DNA from: a virus
Strand: one strand, 5' to 3'
IMG/VR virus record: IMGVR_UViG_3300022552_000002
Span: 45,974-109,973 of that record
DNA length: 64,000 nucleotides
The notes under the pieces were generated by a model. It worked only from the letters and a program-made list of their open reading frames with translations, was not told where the DNA came from and searched no databases. The translations under genes were made by a program, and so were the position numbers. Positions 45,557-56,824 of the stretch are shown piece after piece (position 1 is the first letter of the stretch; each line of letters begins with the position of its first letter).

Positions 45557-48500
45557 ATGCCAGATATCTATGCAGGTTCTCATGAATATTTAGATCTATT
45601 GCCACCATATGTGGTTAATGAATTTCCTACGCCAAATAGCTCTGGAGTTTCTGTAGAAACAGCAATTGGTTTCGATTGGCTTGACTACGAACCAGCAACA
45701 CTTCCTAACCCAACTACATTGAATATAAAATTGTATATCAATAGCGAACCAGTTATTGATGTGGTTATTGATGGTGTAGTTCAAAGTGGTTTTGATTTAG
45801 CATTAATACCTCTTACAAGTGGTTATCATGTTATTATCGATCCAGATAATTATTTAGATGAAGCTTCATCGTATATAATTACAATTGATGGAGCCGATTA
45901 CTATGGCAATGTAATGGATACTTATCAATGGGGGTGGTTTACAAGTAGATTATTCCTTACAAATTCAAAATGTTTTTTGGTCAATAGCAAACTGAATAGT
46001 ATTCAGGCTCAAAGTTCACTTTTTCAACCAAAGATCAGAGAGACATTGGCCGGCAGCTATGGAAACATCTCCCTCAATGTAGAACAAACTATTGATTTAG
46101 TTGCATCAGAATCGTTTGAAATTAGAACTGTGCGCTCTGGTAGACTCGATACCAAACTCAACACACAACTGCTTAATGAAGTTGAGCTTGGTAGTGGTCA
46201 GATTACCTACAATGAAGAACGAGCCGTGAGAGGCAGCTTCAGACCACCGCACTATGTTATTCAAGACGCAGACGATGTGTATGGTCTCGACCTCACAATG
46301 AGCAAACACATATTTGCAACGAACTATTCTGGTAATAGTATTTATAGCTTTGCATTGTGCGATAGAAACGATGAAAGCTTCTTTGTGATTACACATAGAA
46401 ATCCATATCCATTGCCAAACTATCAACCGTTTATTTCTTCTGTTGCAAAAGTTGGTAAAACAGACAGCACTCCAGTTAGTAGCCTCGTTAGCGTGAAGTC
46501 AGCTAATGATGTTGTGAAGGTTTCAGAGAACAGATTCATTCTTGTTACTACTGAAAAGTACGAACCAGTAGTTTATCCAAATGATCCTGCTGTTTTCTTT
46601 ACTTTGTTAGATGAAAATTTGAATATTATTAATCAATCAGATGGATATCATTTCCTTGAGTATCTTGAATACAATAATACATTATCCCCAGATAAGGGTT
46701 ATCTAGATGCAACATTGTATTCGGATGGAAATGGTAGCGTGTATTGTGTTGTTTCTTATTCATACAATTTCTCTGTAGCTGACAGTCAAAGACTTTATTT
46801 CATGAAATCTGTTGATGGGGGTTACAATTGGGAAATGGTAAATGCGCCAGGCACCAATGAACCGTTGACTGTGGCTAATCCAGTACAAGATGAGATTTCA
46901 AATCTTGAACCACAGACTACTACATATCAAGAACAGTATGAGCCAAAGCTTTCATATGACGATGTGAATGAATATTTCATCTTAACTTACACAACTGAAG
47001 ATGCGTCTGATACTACAAAGAGAAGAACAGTTACTATGTATTCCAAAGATTTTGTGAATTGGAGTAGATTAAATTTCCCAATTTACACATCAAATGTTGG
47101 TACTCTTTCAACAGCTGAATCTCTTCAAGAGTCTTCTGGGCTCTTCAGATTTAAAGACATGTATTGGTCTATTGGTAGAGTTAACACAGCTAGTGCATAC
47201 AAGAATAGTGTGTGTATTTTTGATTATGATAATCAAGTGTATGGATATAGGAGAGGTTCTTTTTGGAATGGAGACGATGCAACAAATGACAAAGGTGCAT
47301 TGATCACATCGTATGAATCAAAAGTATTTGATGACATTATGTATGTTGCAGCGAATTGCCATGATGATGGTGGTTTTACCATTCATGCTATAGGTGTTCC
47401 CACAAACATTCCAGATAGAACACCGTATTGTCATGCTTATTTTGGAAATCATGATGCACCAAATAATGGTTATGGGTACTCAGCTACTACAACTGGTACA
47501 CCAACTACTCTTCAAAACGATTATGGTTTTGAAATTGGATTAACAACTGGTGATACAGCATACTATTCTTATGGTAATCTTAATGGACTTTTCTTACGCA
47601 ATAATGGTTTCAAGTTTAAGTTCATCGTAGCTCGTTTAGCGAACGCTGGAACATATGATTCTGATATAGCTCAACGAGCTTATGTGAAGATACCTACTCC
47701 GGACAACTTGAATCATTTTGATTTTACTGTGCGTATTGGTACTGATGGAGTGAAAGTTGTAAACGAAACAACACCAACACAAAGTTTAGTCCACAATCAA
47801 GCTCTTTCTAATTTGGAATTTGTGGAAGTGTTAGTTGTTGCTGTTCCTCAAGCTAACAATACTCATATGTATATTAAGATGTACGTGAAAGACTATGATG
47901 ACACAACATATGAAGATATTTGGGTTGAATCGTCTGGTTCAAATGCATTTGGTATTACAGCTGGTGTATCAGCGCCGGAATTTTCTTTTGGTTTGAAGTC
48001 AGCTCCATCTGCTGCATCTCAGTATAATTGGAAAGCCATCTATATGATCAACACAGATTTGCTTGATGATATAGAGTTTACATTCAATGATGAGATAATT
48101 GAATACGTAGCTGGCGACAATGACGAATCAATGGTAGCTATACCAATGCAAATAGAAGGAGCAACACAGCGTTCTATCAGGGGTATGCTTTTCAAATGGT
48201 ATGGCACAGACGCTATCACCGAAGACAAATGGAACTTCGGTGTAGAGAGTGACTTTGAAGCAGAGAATATATTGAACAAAGCTCCAAGTATTATCTATAG
48301 ATCCGCTAACACATCTGTTGCACAGACTATTACATTTAGAGCTTCAGATGATGATTTAGGAATGTACATCTTTGATACAATTATGTTCATGAATTCAAAC
48401 TTCAGATATATAACAATACAGGCGAATGAGGATGGTACTACTTGGTCTCCAGCACCATACGAAAAAACAATTGATATGGCATTGGAGACAGGAGTTATAG

Positions 48501-49300
48501 AAGGAACATCTGAAAGAGAAGATGAAGATTTATTAGTTGTTCGTTGTACAGATAAAGATTGGGTTCCTGGTGAATTAAAAGATAGATATTTAATGCTTGA
48601 GAGAATCTATGAACCACACAATACAACTCCATCGTTAGACAATAATTACAAAAATGTAGCATTCAAAATATTAGACAATGGTACTGATTTCATTCTTATT
48701 AGTACGAAAGGATTATTGAAAGACGAACTCAATAGCGATCCTCCCACTCATAACTATGGCAATATGCGCGCTTTAATGTATGGAAATTTTTTGATTTACG
48801 ATACAAGGATTGCTGTAATTACCAATGATCCAGAGTTACATAAGTATTTAAGAATTAGCATAGTACAATCTGTTGGGTACGCTACTGCATGGGGGAATAA
48901 TCAACCTAGTCTGCCAAATGAAAGAAGCTGGCAAATAGGTGACTTTGATATTGGTACAAGAATACATCTCACTCAAGATGTTAACTATCCTTACAATGAA
49001 GAAATAGATAGACGAGTCAAAATACAGGAAGAAAAAGATGGAAGAATTGAAGTTACTAATACAGGAAAAGAACAAAGAAAATTCTTTTTGAATTATAGAA
49101 TTCTACATGATGACGATAGAGATGAATTGAGAGCATTCTATAAGGCAGCCAGTGAAAGTGGAGAACCTTTTTGGTATGTTCCTAATCTGGTAAATGATCC
49201 AGAAAAAGTTTATTTAGTTGTGTTCAATAAAGAATATAGTGAGTCGAGAATGCTACCAGAACATCAAGATGTTAAAATGATATTAGACGAGGTTGTTTGA
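45557..49300 (+). CDS. Large tail-tip protein with an N-terminal Ig-like domain, Asp-box and Dit-like C-terminus
   Basis: PPYVVNEFP Ig-like start, SVDGGYNW, and C-terminal RKFFLNY...PFWYVP...MILDEV. Confidence 0.7.
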   Translation: MPDIYAGSHEYLDLLPPYVVNEFPTPNSSGVSVETAIGFDWLDYEPATLPNPTTLNIKLYINSEPVIDVVIDGVVQSGFDLALIPLTSGYHVIIDPDNYLDEASSYIITIDGADYYGNVMDTYQWGWFTSRLFLTNSKCFLVNSKLNSIQAQSSLFQPKIRETLAGSYGNISLNVEQTIDLVASESFEIRTVRSGRLDTKLNTQLLNEVELGSGQITYNEERAVRGSFRPPHYVIQDADDVYGLDLTMSKHIFATNYSGNSIYSFALCDRNDESFFVITHRNPYPLPNYQPFISSVAKVGKTDSTPVSSLVSVKSANDVVKVSENRFILVTTEKYEPVVYPNDPAVFFTLLDENLNIINQSDGYHFLEYLEYNNTLSPDKGYLDATLYSDGNGSVYCVVSYSYNFSVADSQRLYFMKSVDGGYNWEMVNAPGTNEPLTVANPVQDEISNLEPQTTTYQEQYEPKLSYDDVNEYFILTYTTEDASDTTKRRTVTMYSKDFVNWSRLNFPIYTSNVGTLSTAESLQESSGLFRFKDMYWSIGRVNTASAYKNSVCIFDYDNQVYGYRRGSFWNGDDATNDKGALITSYESKVFDDIMYVAANCHDDGGFTIHAIGVPTNIPDRTPYCHAYFGNHDAPNNGYGYSATTTGTPTTLQNDYGFEIGLTTGDTAYYSYGNLNGLFLRNNGFKFKFIVARLANAGTYDSDIAQRAYVKIPTPDNLNHFDFTVRIGTDGVKVVNETTPTQSLVHNQALSNLEFVEVLVVAVPQANNTHMYIKMYVKDYDDTTYEDIWVESSGSNAFGITAGVSAPEFSFGLKSAPSAASQYNWKAIYMINTDLLDDIEFTFNDEIIEYVAGDNDESMVAIPMQIEGATQRSIRGMLFKWYGTDAITEDKWNFGVESDFEAENILNKAPSIIYRSANTSVAQTITFRASDDDLGMYIFDTIMFMNSNFRYITIQANEDGTTWSPAPYEKTIDMALETGVIEGTSEREDEDLLVVRCTDKDWVPGELKDRYLMLERIYEPHNTTPSLDNNYKNVAFKILDNGTDFILISTKGLLKDELNSDPPTHNYGNMRALMYGNFLIYDTRIAVITNDPELHKYLRISIVQSVGYATAWGNNQPSLPNERSWQIGDFDIGTRIHLTQDVNYPYNEEIDRRVKIQEEKDGRIEVTNTGKEQRKFFLNYRILHDDDRDELRAFYKAASESGEPFWYVPNLVNDPEKVYLVVFNKEYSESRMLPEHQDVKMILDEVV

Positions 49301-52300
49301 TGAACACTATACCTAGAATCGGTTTCATGAGTGACAGAATGCTTCGTTATGGAGCGTTTGTTTCTGAAACAGATTCATCTTCTAAATATGGTGTGGAATT
49401 CAACAGAGTCAATGAGAGTTTTGGTCAAGACAATATAGCTGAATTTTCAATCATCGATCAAGATCCAACAATAGATCTACACATTGATGGAATGTCTGTT
49501 AAGTGTCTTAGAACTGGTCCGCTTATTGATAAGCACGACAACTATCGTTCACCTCTTATTGGTACTGATTTTTCTTTGGGTGTTTCTAGAATTGGAATAA
49601 AAGATAATGAAGAAACTACTGACTATAAAAGCAAAGATGAGTATTGGGCTCAAAGAGAATATGTAGAAATAGCAGATGAAATTGATGAACTTCTTTATCA
49701 TACGTGTCATTCAGATGGCACCGTGATGATGATGGCTTATGTAACAGCTGGCGCAGCAGATGAAACAGCTAAGATTTATGTGAAGATAAGAAATGAAACT
49801 ACTAGAGCATGGGGCTCAGCAATACTAGTTGACGAGGTTTACAGAAAATACAGTACATCGCTTGGCTTCTTTGAAAACATCACACCTCGAGTTGCTTTCG
49901 TTACTGTACCAAATCTTGGTACTCTTCTTTATTACTTTGGCTTGAATGATGACGCGCGTACAGAGACAGCAGAGACCACAAGACAAGAACAACTTGTTTA
50001 TTCTGCTCTTACTAAAGATAATGGTACTACTTGGAATAGATACGATTCATTCATCATTGAGCCTCACTATGGAAATCTTGTGAATGTTGGTGACGAAACA
50101 GATACAACTTACAAGCCGTTGGCTTACTATACAACAGCACAGTTGAAGGCTATCTATCACAACAATAAAATAGTTCTTGGTCTGTTGATGAAAAACAGTC
50201 CAGGTTCGATTACAAAAGAACAGACTATTGGAGTCGGTACAGCTGGATTAGATACATTTGAAGACACATTGTATGTGGCCAATGAAAACAATCGAATCAA
50301 ACCATACACTGTTGTCGTCAAGAAAGGCGTTGCATCTGTTTGTTGGGACGATGGTAATGGTGGATTCATAATCAACACTACTCTTTTCCCTGGCAGTATT
50401 GATCTTGTAAACTCATATGTAAACTATGATACAAAAGAAATTAAGATAGTTGAACTATTAGACACATGGACTACTAGCGATGATTGTGATGTTGACTACG
50501 AATTAGATGGTCTATATTTCGAAAGATTCCTGAACATTGTTTACTCTAAAGATTTAGGTAAAAGTTGGAGTGTTGTACCAAATGAATTCTTTTCAGAAAC
50601 ATATGAAGGTCCTGTTCTTTCTGAGAATAAAAAGATTGGCGGTACTGGTGCTGGGGAGTATGAGTTTGCTCTTCCTGGTAATTTTGGTTTGGGTGTTGAT
50701 CCGATTAGCGATAAAGTCGTTCTTGTTGTTCGTAGTAGTGGTATATATACTTATGGCTCTCCAGTAGATACAAATAAAGTTAAGAATATTTCTAATCTGT
50801 ATTTTTTCTATAATGTAGATGACGATCTTTTTTATTGGGAATCCAGCAGAGTAGAAGGATGGTCATATGACTTGATAGACGGATATAGTGTCGATGAAGT
50901 AGAAAAAAAATATGATGAGAACCACATTACTTTATGGGGCACGCCTAATTGGTTCGTAGAAGGTGGGGTTCTTAATCAAACTGGTTATGTAAGACCAATC
51001 AATGTATGGGTGCCTACTTCAACAATAACAATAGCAGGAGGAACATATCTCTATTATACGGGACACGACGATCCAACATTGAATCGAACAAATGGCATTC
51101 ATGCTGAATTGTATACAGCGAGTAATGCTAATTTTGGATTGCTGTTCTGTGGAGGGACATACGCTGTAGCAATCAACACATTCAATGATGTAGCAAAACT
51201 TGGTTTGTACAAGAACTCAGGTGGTTGGGCCAATGTACCAGCCACAACAGATGTACAAATCAACTTCATGAAAAAATCGTGGGGCTCTGTAGATGTTGTT
51301 TTTGATGAGAACGATCAGATAAACATTTATTTCAATAATGTATTAGTCATATCTGGTGCAGACAATGAATTTAGAACAGGAAAAATAGGATTCTTTTGTA
51401 CTGGAAACAATGATGCTAAATTTAACAATCTAGCCATCAGAACACACAAGAATCATCTCTCTATTATTGGTGGTACAGAATATTATGATGACTATTATAA
51501 TTTAGGAACAAACATTGATGTTACGTTAGATAATTTCAATCAACCTTGGATTGCAGCTGACGTTCAATGCCTTAACTTGGGCGATCCTCTCTTTGAAAAT
51601 TACGGTATTGCTTTTCAGAGATTCAGATTAGAAAAAGATATCGAAAGAGTAGAAGGTAAGTTCTTAGCTAAGGATAAGTACGTCGTTAAATTTGCAGATG
51701 AAACACAGCCATATTTCCAAGAAGATGTTGGTGGTTTCTTCTCTCTTAGAAGCTACGGCATGATGCCTGCGTGTTACGCTGACAACACCAACCCAACAGA
51801 TAGACCACTACTCGAGAAATTTACGTGGCACAAGGGAGATCCAGTATTCATGGTGAGGAGAGGTTCTGCTACATCTCCTCAAAAATTCGTGGTTCAAAGA
51901 CCAGACTATTCCAACGTGAGCATGTATACGAATTTCAGCTCTTGTTGGCATTCACTTGGTAGCTCTGTTGATCCGGCAGAATGTGGTTGGAATGCTGTAG
52001 GTACATATGGAAATATAGATGGTCACATTCTTGTAGTAAATGAGAACAGTCACTTCTACCATTACTACGATTTCGATGCAGCTTCTCTCAATTCAAATGC
52101 TCTTGAATCATGTCCAATAAAGTATTTTGATCTGAATACAAGAGGTATATCTGTTGATTGTATTACTAGAAGCAATTCCGCAAATGGAAACAATGTTGGC
52201 AAAACAGTTATGGAAGCTTTACTACCATATTTAGATGACTCTTCTGGCACTGATATGGAATTGAAAATTAGAGTCACTGTTTACGACGAAAGCGCGCCTG

Positions 52301-53736
52301 GCTCTAATGATGGACAAATACTTTGTAATTATTGGAATGGTTCTACTTGGTTTCCAATAGCAACTAGTCCTGCTACATTGAATACAAAAGAATGGATGGA
52401 AATTGTTATGCATATTGTACCAGTAGATTTAAGCACACATGCCACTAATCCAGAGATATCTGTCTATTACCGTATGATGGAAGACGAACCTTCTAATTGG
52501 CAAACAATAACTGAAGGCAATACTTCTGCTACTCCAATAGCCGCAGCTGGTTCTAGCGTTGCATACATGTACTTCGGTTGTAAAGACAGTGATGTTGCTG
52601 ATTGCAAACAAGATTACAAATTCGTTGGGTATTCTGATACTTGTTTTATCAAACACGCAGATCATTCTTTAAGAGGAGAAACAATTTCATCTGGTGAAGG
52701 AATTTACGCACCAAAAGAAATCATATTTACATTGAGTGGTGGCTTAACAATAGAAGATGATGAATGGCTCATCACAGATCTTTCTTATCGTAGAGATGGT
52801 AAAGAAAATCTACTTGATCGTCCATCTGCGTATTGGAAATCAGATGATGACAGTGTTGATAAGAGTGTTGTAATTGATGCTCAGCACTTAATGGAATACG
52901 ACACTATAATATTGTTAGGAACTAACACAGAGTTCATTCAATTCGAAGCCAATGATACTGATTCATGGGGCGCACCAGCTATAAGTTTTGAAATAGATAT
53001 GTCAGAACAAGATTTGTATGTACAAAAATATGCAGATAGAGACAACATATTGAAGATATTTGTTAATGAAGATTTTCCAAAAGATGAATTGATTGACAAA
53101 CTTATTGTTGGAGAAAGCGCTGCTCACGGTACATATAGAATAGTGTCTAATCTCAATCGTCATTTGAGATATCAATCATATGTGACTTCACCACCAACAT
53201 TCCCAACTGGTAAATGGACAACACAGTTATTGGCTACAAAGATAGCTATCAAGCTGAAGAATAGAAGAAGAAATAGATTCTTCAGAATCACATGTAAGAA
53301 GTCTGGATTAATTTACCCAACACCTGATGGTTATTTCAGGATAGGTAAGTTAGGTATTGGTGTATTCAATCAAATGGAATGGAATCCAGAGTACAATGAA
53401 GAAACTGCCTTCATCGGTCATACTGTTGTAAAGAAAAGCAGCGGTGGTTCTACTAAGATGAAGAAGCTAGGGCCAACAACTATAAGAAAATCTCTTTCAT
53501 TCAATGCAATCAATGCTAGAGATGGTGAGTTCTTAGACGAATTGAAGAATGTATTCTTGAATGCTGGTTCCGTCCACCCACTTTTCTATGTTCCAAATAT
53601 TGAAGAAAACATTCTCGTTGGATATGGAACATATTCTTTTGATTTGAATCTTGTTGTTCCTGATTCAAAATTCAAACATCCTCTTAAATGGGGAACATTA
53701 TCAGATGTTAAACTCACATTGAAGGAGACTGATTAA
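49300..53736 (+). CDS. Large tail-tip protein, paralogous to the preceding gene at the C-terminus
   Basis: Asp-boxes TKDNGTTW and SKDLGKSW, a ConA/DUF1080-like segment (RTGKIGFF...FNNL) and C-terminal HPLFYVP...LTLKE. Confidence 0.7.
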   Translation: MNTIPRIGFMSDRMLRYGAFVSETDSSSKYGVEFNRVNESFGQDNIAEFSIIDQDPTIDLHIDGMSVKCLRTGPLIDKHDNYRSPLIGTDFSLGVSRIGIKDNEETTDYKSKDEYWAQREYVEIADEIDELLYHTCHSDGTVMMMAYVTAGAADETAKIYVKIRNETTRAWGSAILVDEVYRKYSTSLGFFENITPRVAFVTVPNLGTLLYYFGLNDDARTETAETTRQEQLVYSALTKDNGTTWNRYDSFIIEPHYGNLVNVGDETDTTYKPLAYYTTAQLKAIYHNNKIVLGLLMKNSPGSITKEQTIGVGTAGLDTFEDTLYVANENNRIKPYTVVVKKGVASVCWDDGNGGFIINTTLFPGSIDLVNSYVNYDTKEIKIVELLDTWTTSDDCDVDYELDGLYFERFLNIVYSKDLGKSWSVVPNEFFSETYEGPVLSENKKIGGTGAGEYEFALPGNFGLGVDPISDKVVLVVRSSGIYTYGSPVDTNKVKNISNLYFFYNVDDDLFYWESSRVEGWSYDLIDGYSVDEVEKKYDENHITLWGTPNWFVEGGVLNQTGYVRPINVWVPTSTITIAGGTYLYYTGHDDPTLNRTNGIHAELYTASNANFGLLFCGGTYAVAINTFNDVAKLGLYKNSGGWANVPATTDVQINFMKKSWGSVDVVFDENDQINIYFNNVLVISGADNEFRTGKIGFFCTGNNDAKFNNLAIRTHKNHLSIIGGTEYYDDYYNLGTNIDVTLDNFNQPWIAADVQCLNLGDPLFENYGIAFQRFRLEKDIERVEGKFLAKDKYVVKFADETQPYFQEDVGGFFSLRSYGMMPACYADNTNPTDRPLLEKFTWHKGDPVFMVRRGSATSPQKFVVQRPDYSNVSMYTNFSSCWHSLGSSVDPAECGWNAVGTYGNIDGHILVVNENSHFYHYYDFDAASLNSNALESCPIKYFDLNTRGISVDCITRSNSANGNNVGKTVMEALLPYLDDSSGTDMELKIRVTVYDESAPGSNDGQILCNYWNGSTWFPIATSPATLNTKEWMEIVMHIVPVDLSTHATNPEISVYYRMMEDEPSNWQTITEGNTSATPIAAAGSSVAYMYFGCKDSDVADCKQDYKFVGYSDTCFIKHADHSLRGETISSGEGIYAPKEIIFTLSGGLTIEDDEWLITDLSYRRDGKENLLDRPSAYWKSDDDSVDKSVVIDAQHLMEYDTIILLGTNTEFIQFEANDTDSWGAPAISFEIDMSEQDLYVQKYADRDNILKIFVNEDFPKDELIDKLIVGESAAHGTYRIVSNLNRHLRYQSYVTSPPTFPTGKWTTQLLATKIAIKLKNRRRNRFFRITCKKSGLIYPTPDGYFRIGKLGIGVFNQMEWNPEYNEETAFIGHTVVKKSSGGSTKMKKLGPTTIRKSLSFNAINARDGEFLDELKNVFLNAGSVHPLFYVPNIEENILVGYGTYSFDLNLVVPDSKFKHPLKWGTLSDVKLTLKETD

Positions 53737-56702
53737 TGTCTTCTGATTATAGCGATGTTCGAGTTCTGTTGGATATTGTTTTAAGAGATCGCTCTTATCA
53801 CTATTCAGATAGAGACGGTGTTGCTCATTCGTTTACGTCTTCTACAGATGGTCGCGTAATAGTAGAAGATGATATGATAATGTATGAAGGATTGATTCTC
53901 AATCCAGGACAAATCAAAAAAGAAATAAAAGCATCTAGCGGTAAGGCCAGCATTGCTAATGTTTCTGTTTCTATTTTTAACAAAGATAGATTAGATCTTG
54001 GTAATACACCTGTTGCACTTGAGTCTGGTATTGCAACTATCACTCTTGTTCAAGGAGATATGTACGATCAAGTTATTGGTAGAATGACAGGTAGAGCAGA
54101 CAATGTATCTTACGATGATACAGATTTGAAGTTCACAATCAGAAGTGAAAGCGTTGTTCTTTTCAAACAGATTCCTGAGAATATTTTTGATGAAGAAACA
54201 TTTCAAACAACACTCATTATGCATGATGCTGATATCTTGTCTTCTGAAAATCTTTTAATGAGATTGCCTATTTCTGGATACGACAGTAGTGAAAGATTAG
54301 TTTCAAGATATGCAAAAACAATCAAGCATCCGGCTCTCTCTGGAAAAGGGGATGATTATTGGCTTGGTTCTCGAGTCGATGTAGTTGATGCTTTTGGTTC
54401 TTTGGCTGATCCTGAAAGTACAGACTTTGCAATAGGTGAGTTTGCAGTTGTTATTAATTCAGAGAATGATGAGATTACTTTACCTACAGTTTTAGATCGG
54501 TATTTTCTTTACAATTTTATTGAGAAAAATCTTAGAGATTCAGGTAATGAAGCATTTCCAGCCAGAGGCCAATTAACAGCTGTTGTAACAGGAAGTTTAA
54601 ATGATGGTGATTACTTTGTTTTCAATGATGGCATTAACGATGCAACTTATTTTTATTTTGACACAACAGGTGGATATGTACCACCTGTTGGTGGTGTAGA
54701 GATAGATATTTCTGCTGCTGGTAGCGCCATAGCAGTAGCCAATTTAATAGTCTCTGTATTCAACGGTGTTGGACTTGAAGCGGTAACGTCTAATGAGAGT
54801 GGCACCACAGCTATCGTTAGTATTCTTCATAGTCAAGATGGTGGTATTGGAAATATACCAATTCTTGAATTCGTAACTACCAGTCTTAATCCTATTGGAA
54901 TGTCCGGTGGTGGACCAACCAATACTTACCAGATGTATGATGTAATCAATAACACAATGAGAAATGTAACAAAAGGTTCAGCAGTAAAAATCATCAACGG
55001 AACCTTCGAACAAGACGCAGCTTGGACGTTAGGAATTGGATGGACTATTGGTAGTGGAGTTGCAACACACGCAGCTGGTATAGCTGGTGATTTAATTTAT
55101 AATGGTCATGTGCCAACTGTTTTCGTTGAAGGATACACGTATGAGATTGTCTTTGATTTGACTGTCACAGCTGGTCAAATAAGACCACATTTAAATGGTA
55201 CAGATGGTGATGATATTTTATCAACAGATCCAAATGGAACTTACAAAGTAGAAATGATAGCCGGTAGTGATAGCACTAATCTCAAGTTCCAAGCCTCTGC
55301 TGCATTCGCCGGTACAATCGACAATGTAGAAGTCAGACCTATTGGTAGACCAGTGTTGATGCTTATCAGGAAGCCTGTTCCTGAGAACGCAGACAGTGTT
55401 GGAAGGCCCTTCCCTATCGTATACGGTCGTATAGAGAAGATGTGGGCTGTCTGGGCTATCTCAGCTAAGAGTACACGCCAGAACTCGCTCTCCGCTGGAG
55501 ACGACGTGTACGTTATTGCTGGTCATAAAATCAAAGACAAGAGAGCCACCAATCTAAAAGTGTATTTCGGTCTCGATGAGAATGCACAGGGAATGAGTTA
55601 TAGACCAGGAACTATTGATTATGTTCCTAATCCATTGCCCAACAGTATTGCTGAAATAGATCATTGGAATGAAAATGGTTATAGTCTCAGAGATCCAAAC
55701 GATGGAAATAGAAACGTAGCTCCATTCCATAGACTAATTGAATTAACTACAAACGAAGGTGAAGTAGTTACAGCAGTTCAACTGCGTGGTGACGAATACA
55801 CCGGATGGACGGAGGATAACAGTGGCAATGCTCAAACTGATGGGAATATGCCTGGTGTTAATGGTCAGCCTCAGTTCCCTATTCGTTATGGTTTGGGAAA
55901 CAGTAAAATCTATGTTTCATTCCGAGGATACGAAGACGAAACAGGAATCATTTCTGGTGTTCCAGGAGGTTTGATTGAACATCCTGTAGATATAATGAAA
56001 CATTTTCTTTTGAACTACACAAATATTAATGGTGATTTTTCTAAACTTGATGAACAATCATTTGCAAACGCTAAAGCAAAGCTCGAGAACTGGCGTTTTG
56101 CTGTAGCAATTACCGATACAGCAGATGGTCAAAAAATAATGGATCGTTTTGCAATACAATGCAAAACTATTTGGCGCGAAGAGAATGGTGTTATTGTTCT
56201 TGAAACAATGGATCTCGAGAACAGAAATCCAACAGTTTTTCTTGATGAAAAGAAACATTTTTCTGGTAAGCAAACATGGAGCAGGCCAAAGCTTTCTGAA
56301 GTATTCAATGACTTTACATTCAAGTTTGGATTCAATGCAATCAAGAATACGTTTGATAGAGTAGTTCGAAGAAACAAAGCCAACGATCAGTTGTGTCGCA
56401 ACTGTTATGCACAATACGGTGTAGTTCGTTCGCATAAAGAGATTCAATGTCCTGATATTTTCGACAGCTATACTATCAATAAACTCGCAGACCATCATGT
56501 GCAGCTCAACGCTGTTCAACGTAAACGCTTCAAAACTAACCTATATTATAGAGAAGAGACTGCTGAATTAATACCGGGTACGATTGCTGAAATTCGTTTC
56601 TATGACGATGATGATAATTACTACGATGAAACTTATTTAATCTTGTCTGTGTCGATGAAAAAAGATCTCATTGCGATCTCCGCGCTCGAGTTACCCGCAT
56701 AG
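53736..56702 (+). CDS. Tail-tip hub (Tal-like) protein with a CBM-like insertion
   Basis: GRPFPIVYG, IEHPVDIMKHFL and EVFNDFTFKF are hub-type motifs. Insert INGTFEQDAAW...FAGTIDNVEV. Last gene of the tail operon. Confidence 0.7.
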   Translation: MSSDYSDVRVLLDIVLRDRSYHYSDRDGVAHSFTSSTDGRVIVEDDMIMYEGLILNPGQIKKEIKASSGKASIANVSVSIFNKDRLDLGNTPVALESGIATITLVQGDMYDQVIGRMTGRADNVSYDDTDLKFTIRSESVVLFKQIPENIFDEETFQTTLIMHDADILSSENLLMRLPISGYDSSERLVSRYAKTIKHPALSGKGDDYWLGSRVDVVDAFGSLADPESTDFAIGEFAVVINSENDEITLPTVLDRYFLYNFIEKNLRDSGNEAFPARGQLTAVVTGSLNDGDYFVFNDGINDATYFYFDTTGGYVPPVGGVEIDISAAGSAIAVANLIVSVFNGVGLEAVTSNESGTTAIVSILHSQDGGIGNIPILEFVTTSLNPIGMSGGGPTNTYQMYDVINNTMRNVTKGSAVKIINGTFEQDAAWTLGIGWTIGSGVATHAAGIAGDLIYNGHVPTVFVEGYTYEIVFDLTVTAGQIRPHLNGTDGDDILSTDPNGTYKVEMIAGSDSTNLKFQASAAFAGTIDNVEVRPIGRPVLMLIRKPVPENADSVGRPFPIVYGRIEKMWAVWAISAKSTRQNSLSAGDDVYVIAGHKIKDKRATNLKVYFGLDENAQGMSYRPGTIDYVPNPLPNSIAEIDHWNENGYSLRDPNDGNRNVAPFHRLIELTTNEGEVVTAVQLRGDEYTGWTEDNSGNAQTDGNMPGVNGQPQFPIRYGLGNSKIYVSFRGYEDETGIISGVPGGLIEHPVDIMKHFLLNYTNINGDFSKLDEQSFANAKAKLENWRFAVAITDTADGQKIMDRFAIQCKTIWREENGVIVLETMDLENRNPTVFLDEKKHFSGKQTWSRPKLSEVFNDFTFKFGFNAIKNTFDRVVRRNKANDQLCRNCYAQYGVVRSHKEIQCPDIFDSYTINKLADHHVQLNAVQRKRFKTNLYYREETAELIPGTIAEIRFYDDDDNYYDETYLILSVSMKKDLIAISALELPA

Positions 56703-56794
56703 AACATCCATGCAGTCAAGGTCGTCTCGGCGTCTTTCTACTCATGTGTAACCTCTGAGATCGACTTACGATCTACGATTTATGAAGAAAGCTA

Positions 56795-56824
56795 TTGACA
56801 GCTAAAAAGCTGAGCCGCTATAAG
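56795..56824 (+). promoter_or_regulatory. Sigma70-like promoter upstream of the replication module
   Basis: TTGACA-18 nt-TATAAG. The -10 box sits largely in the loop of the inverted repeat GCTGAGCC/GGCTTAGC. Confidence 0.55.
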
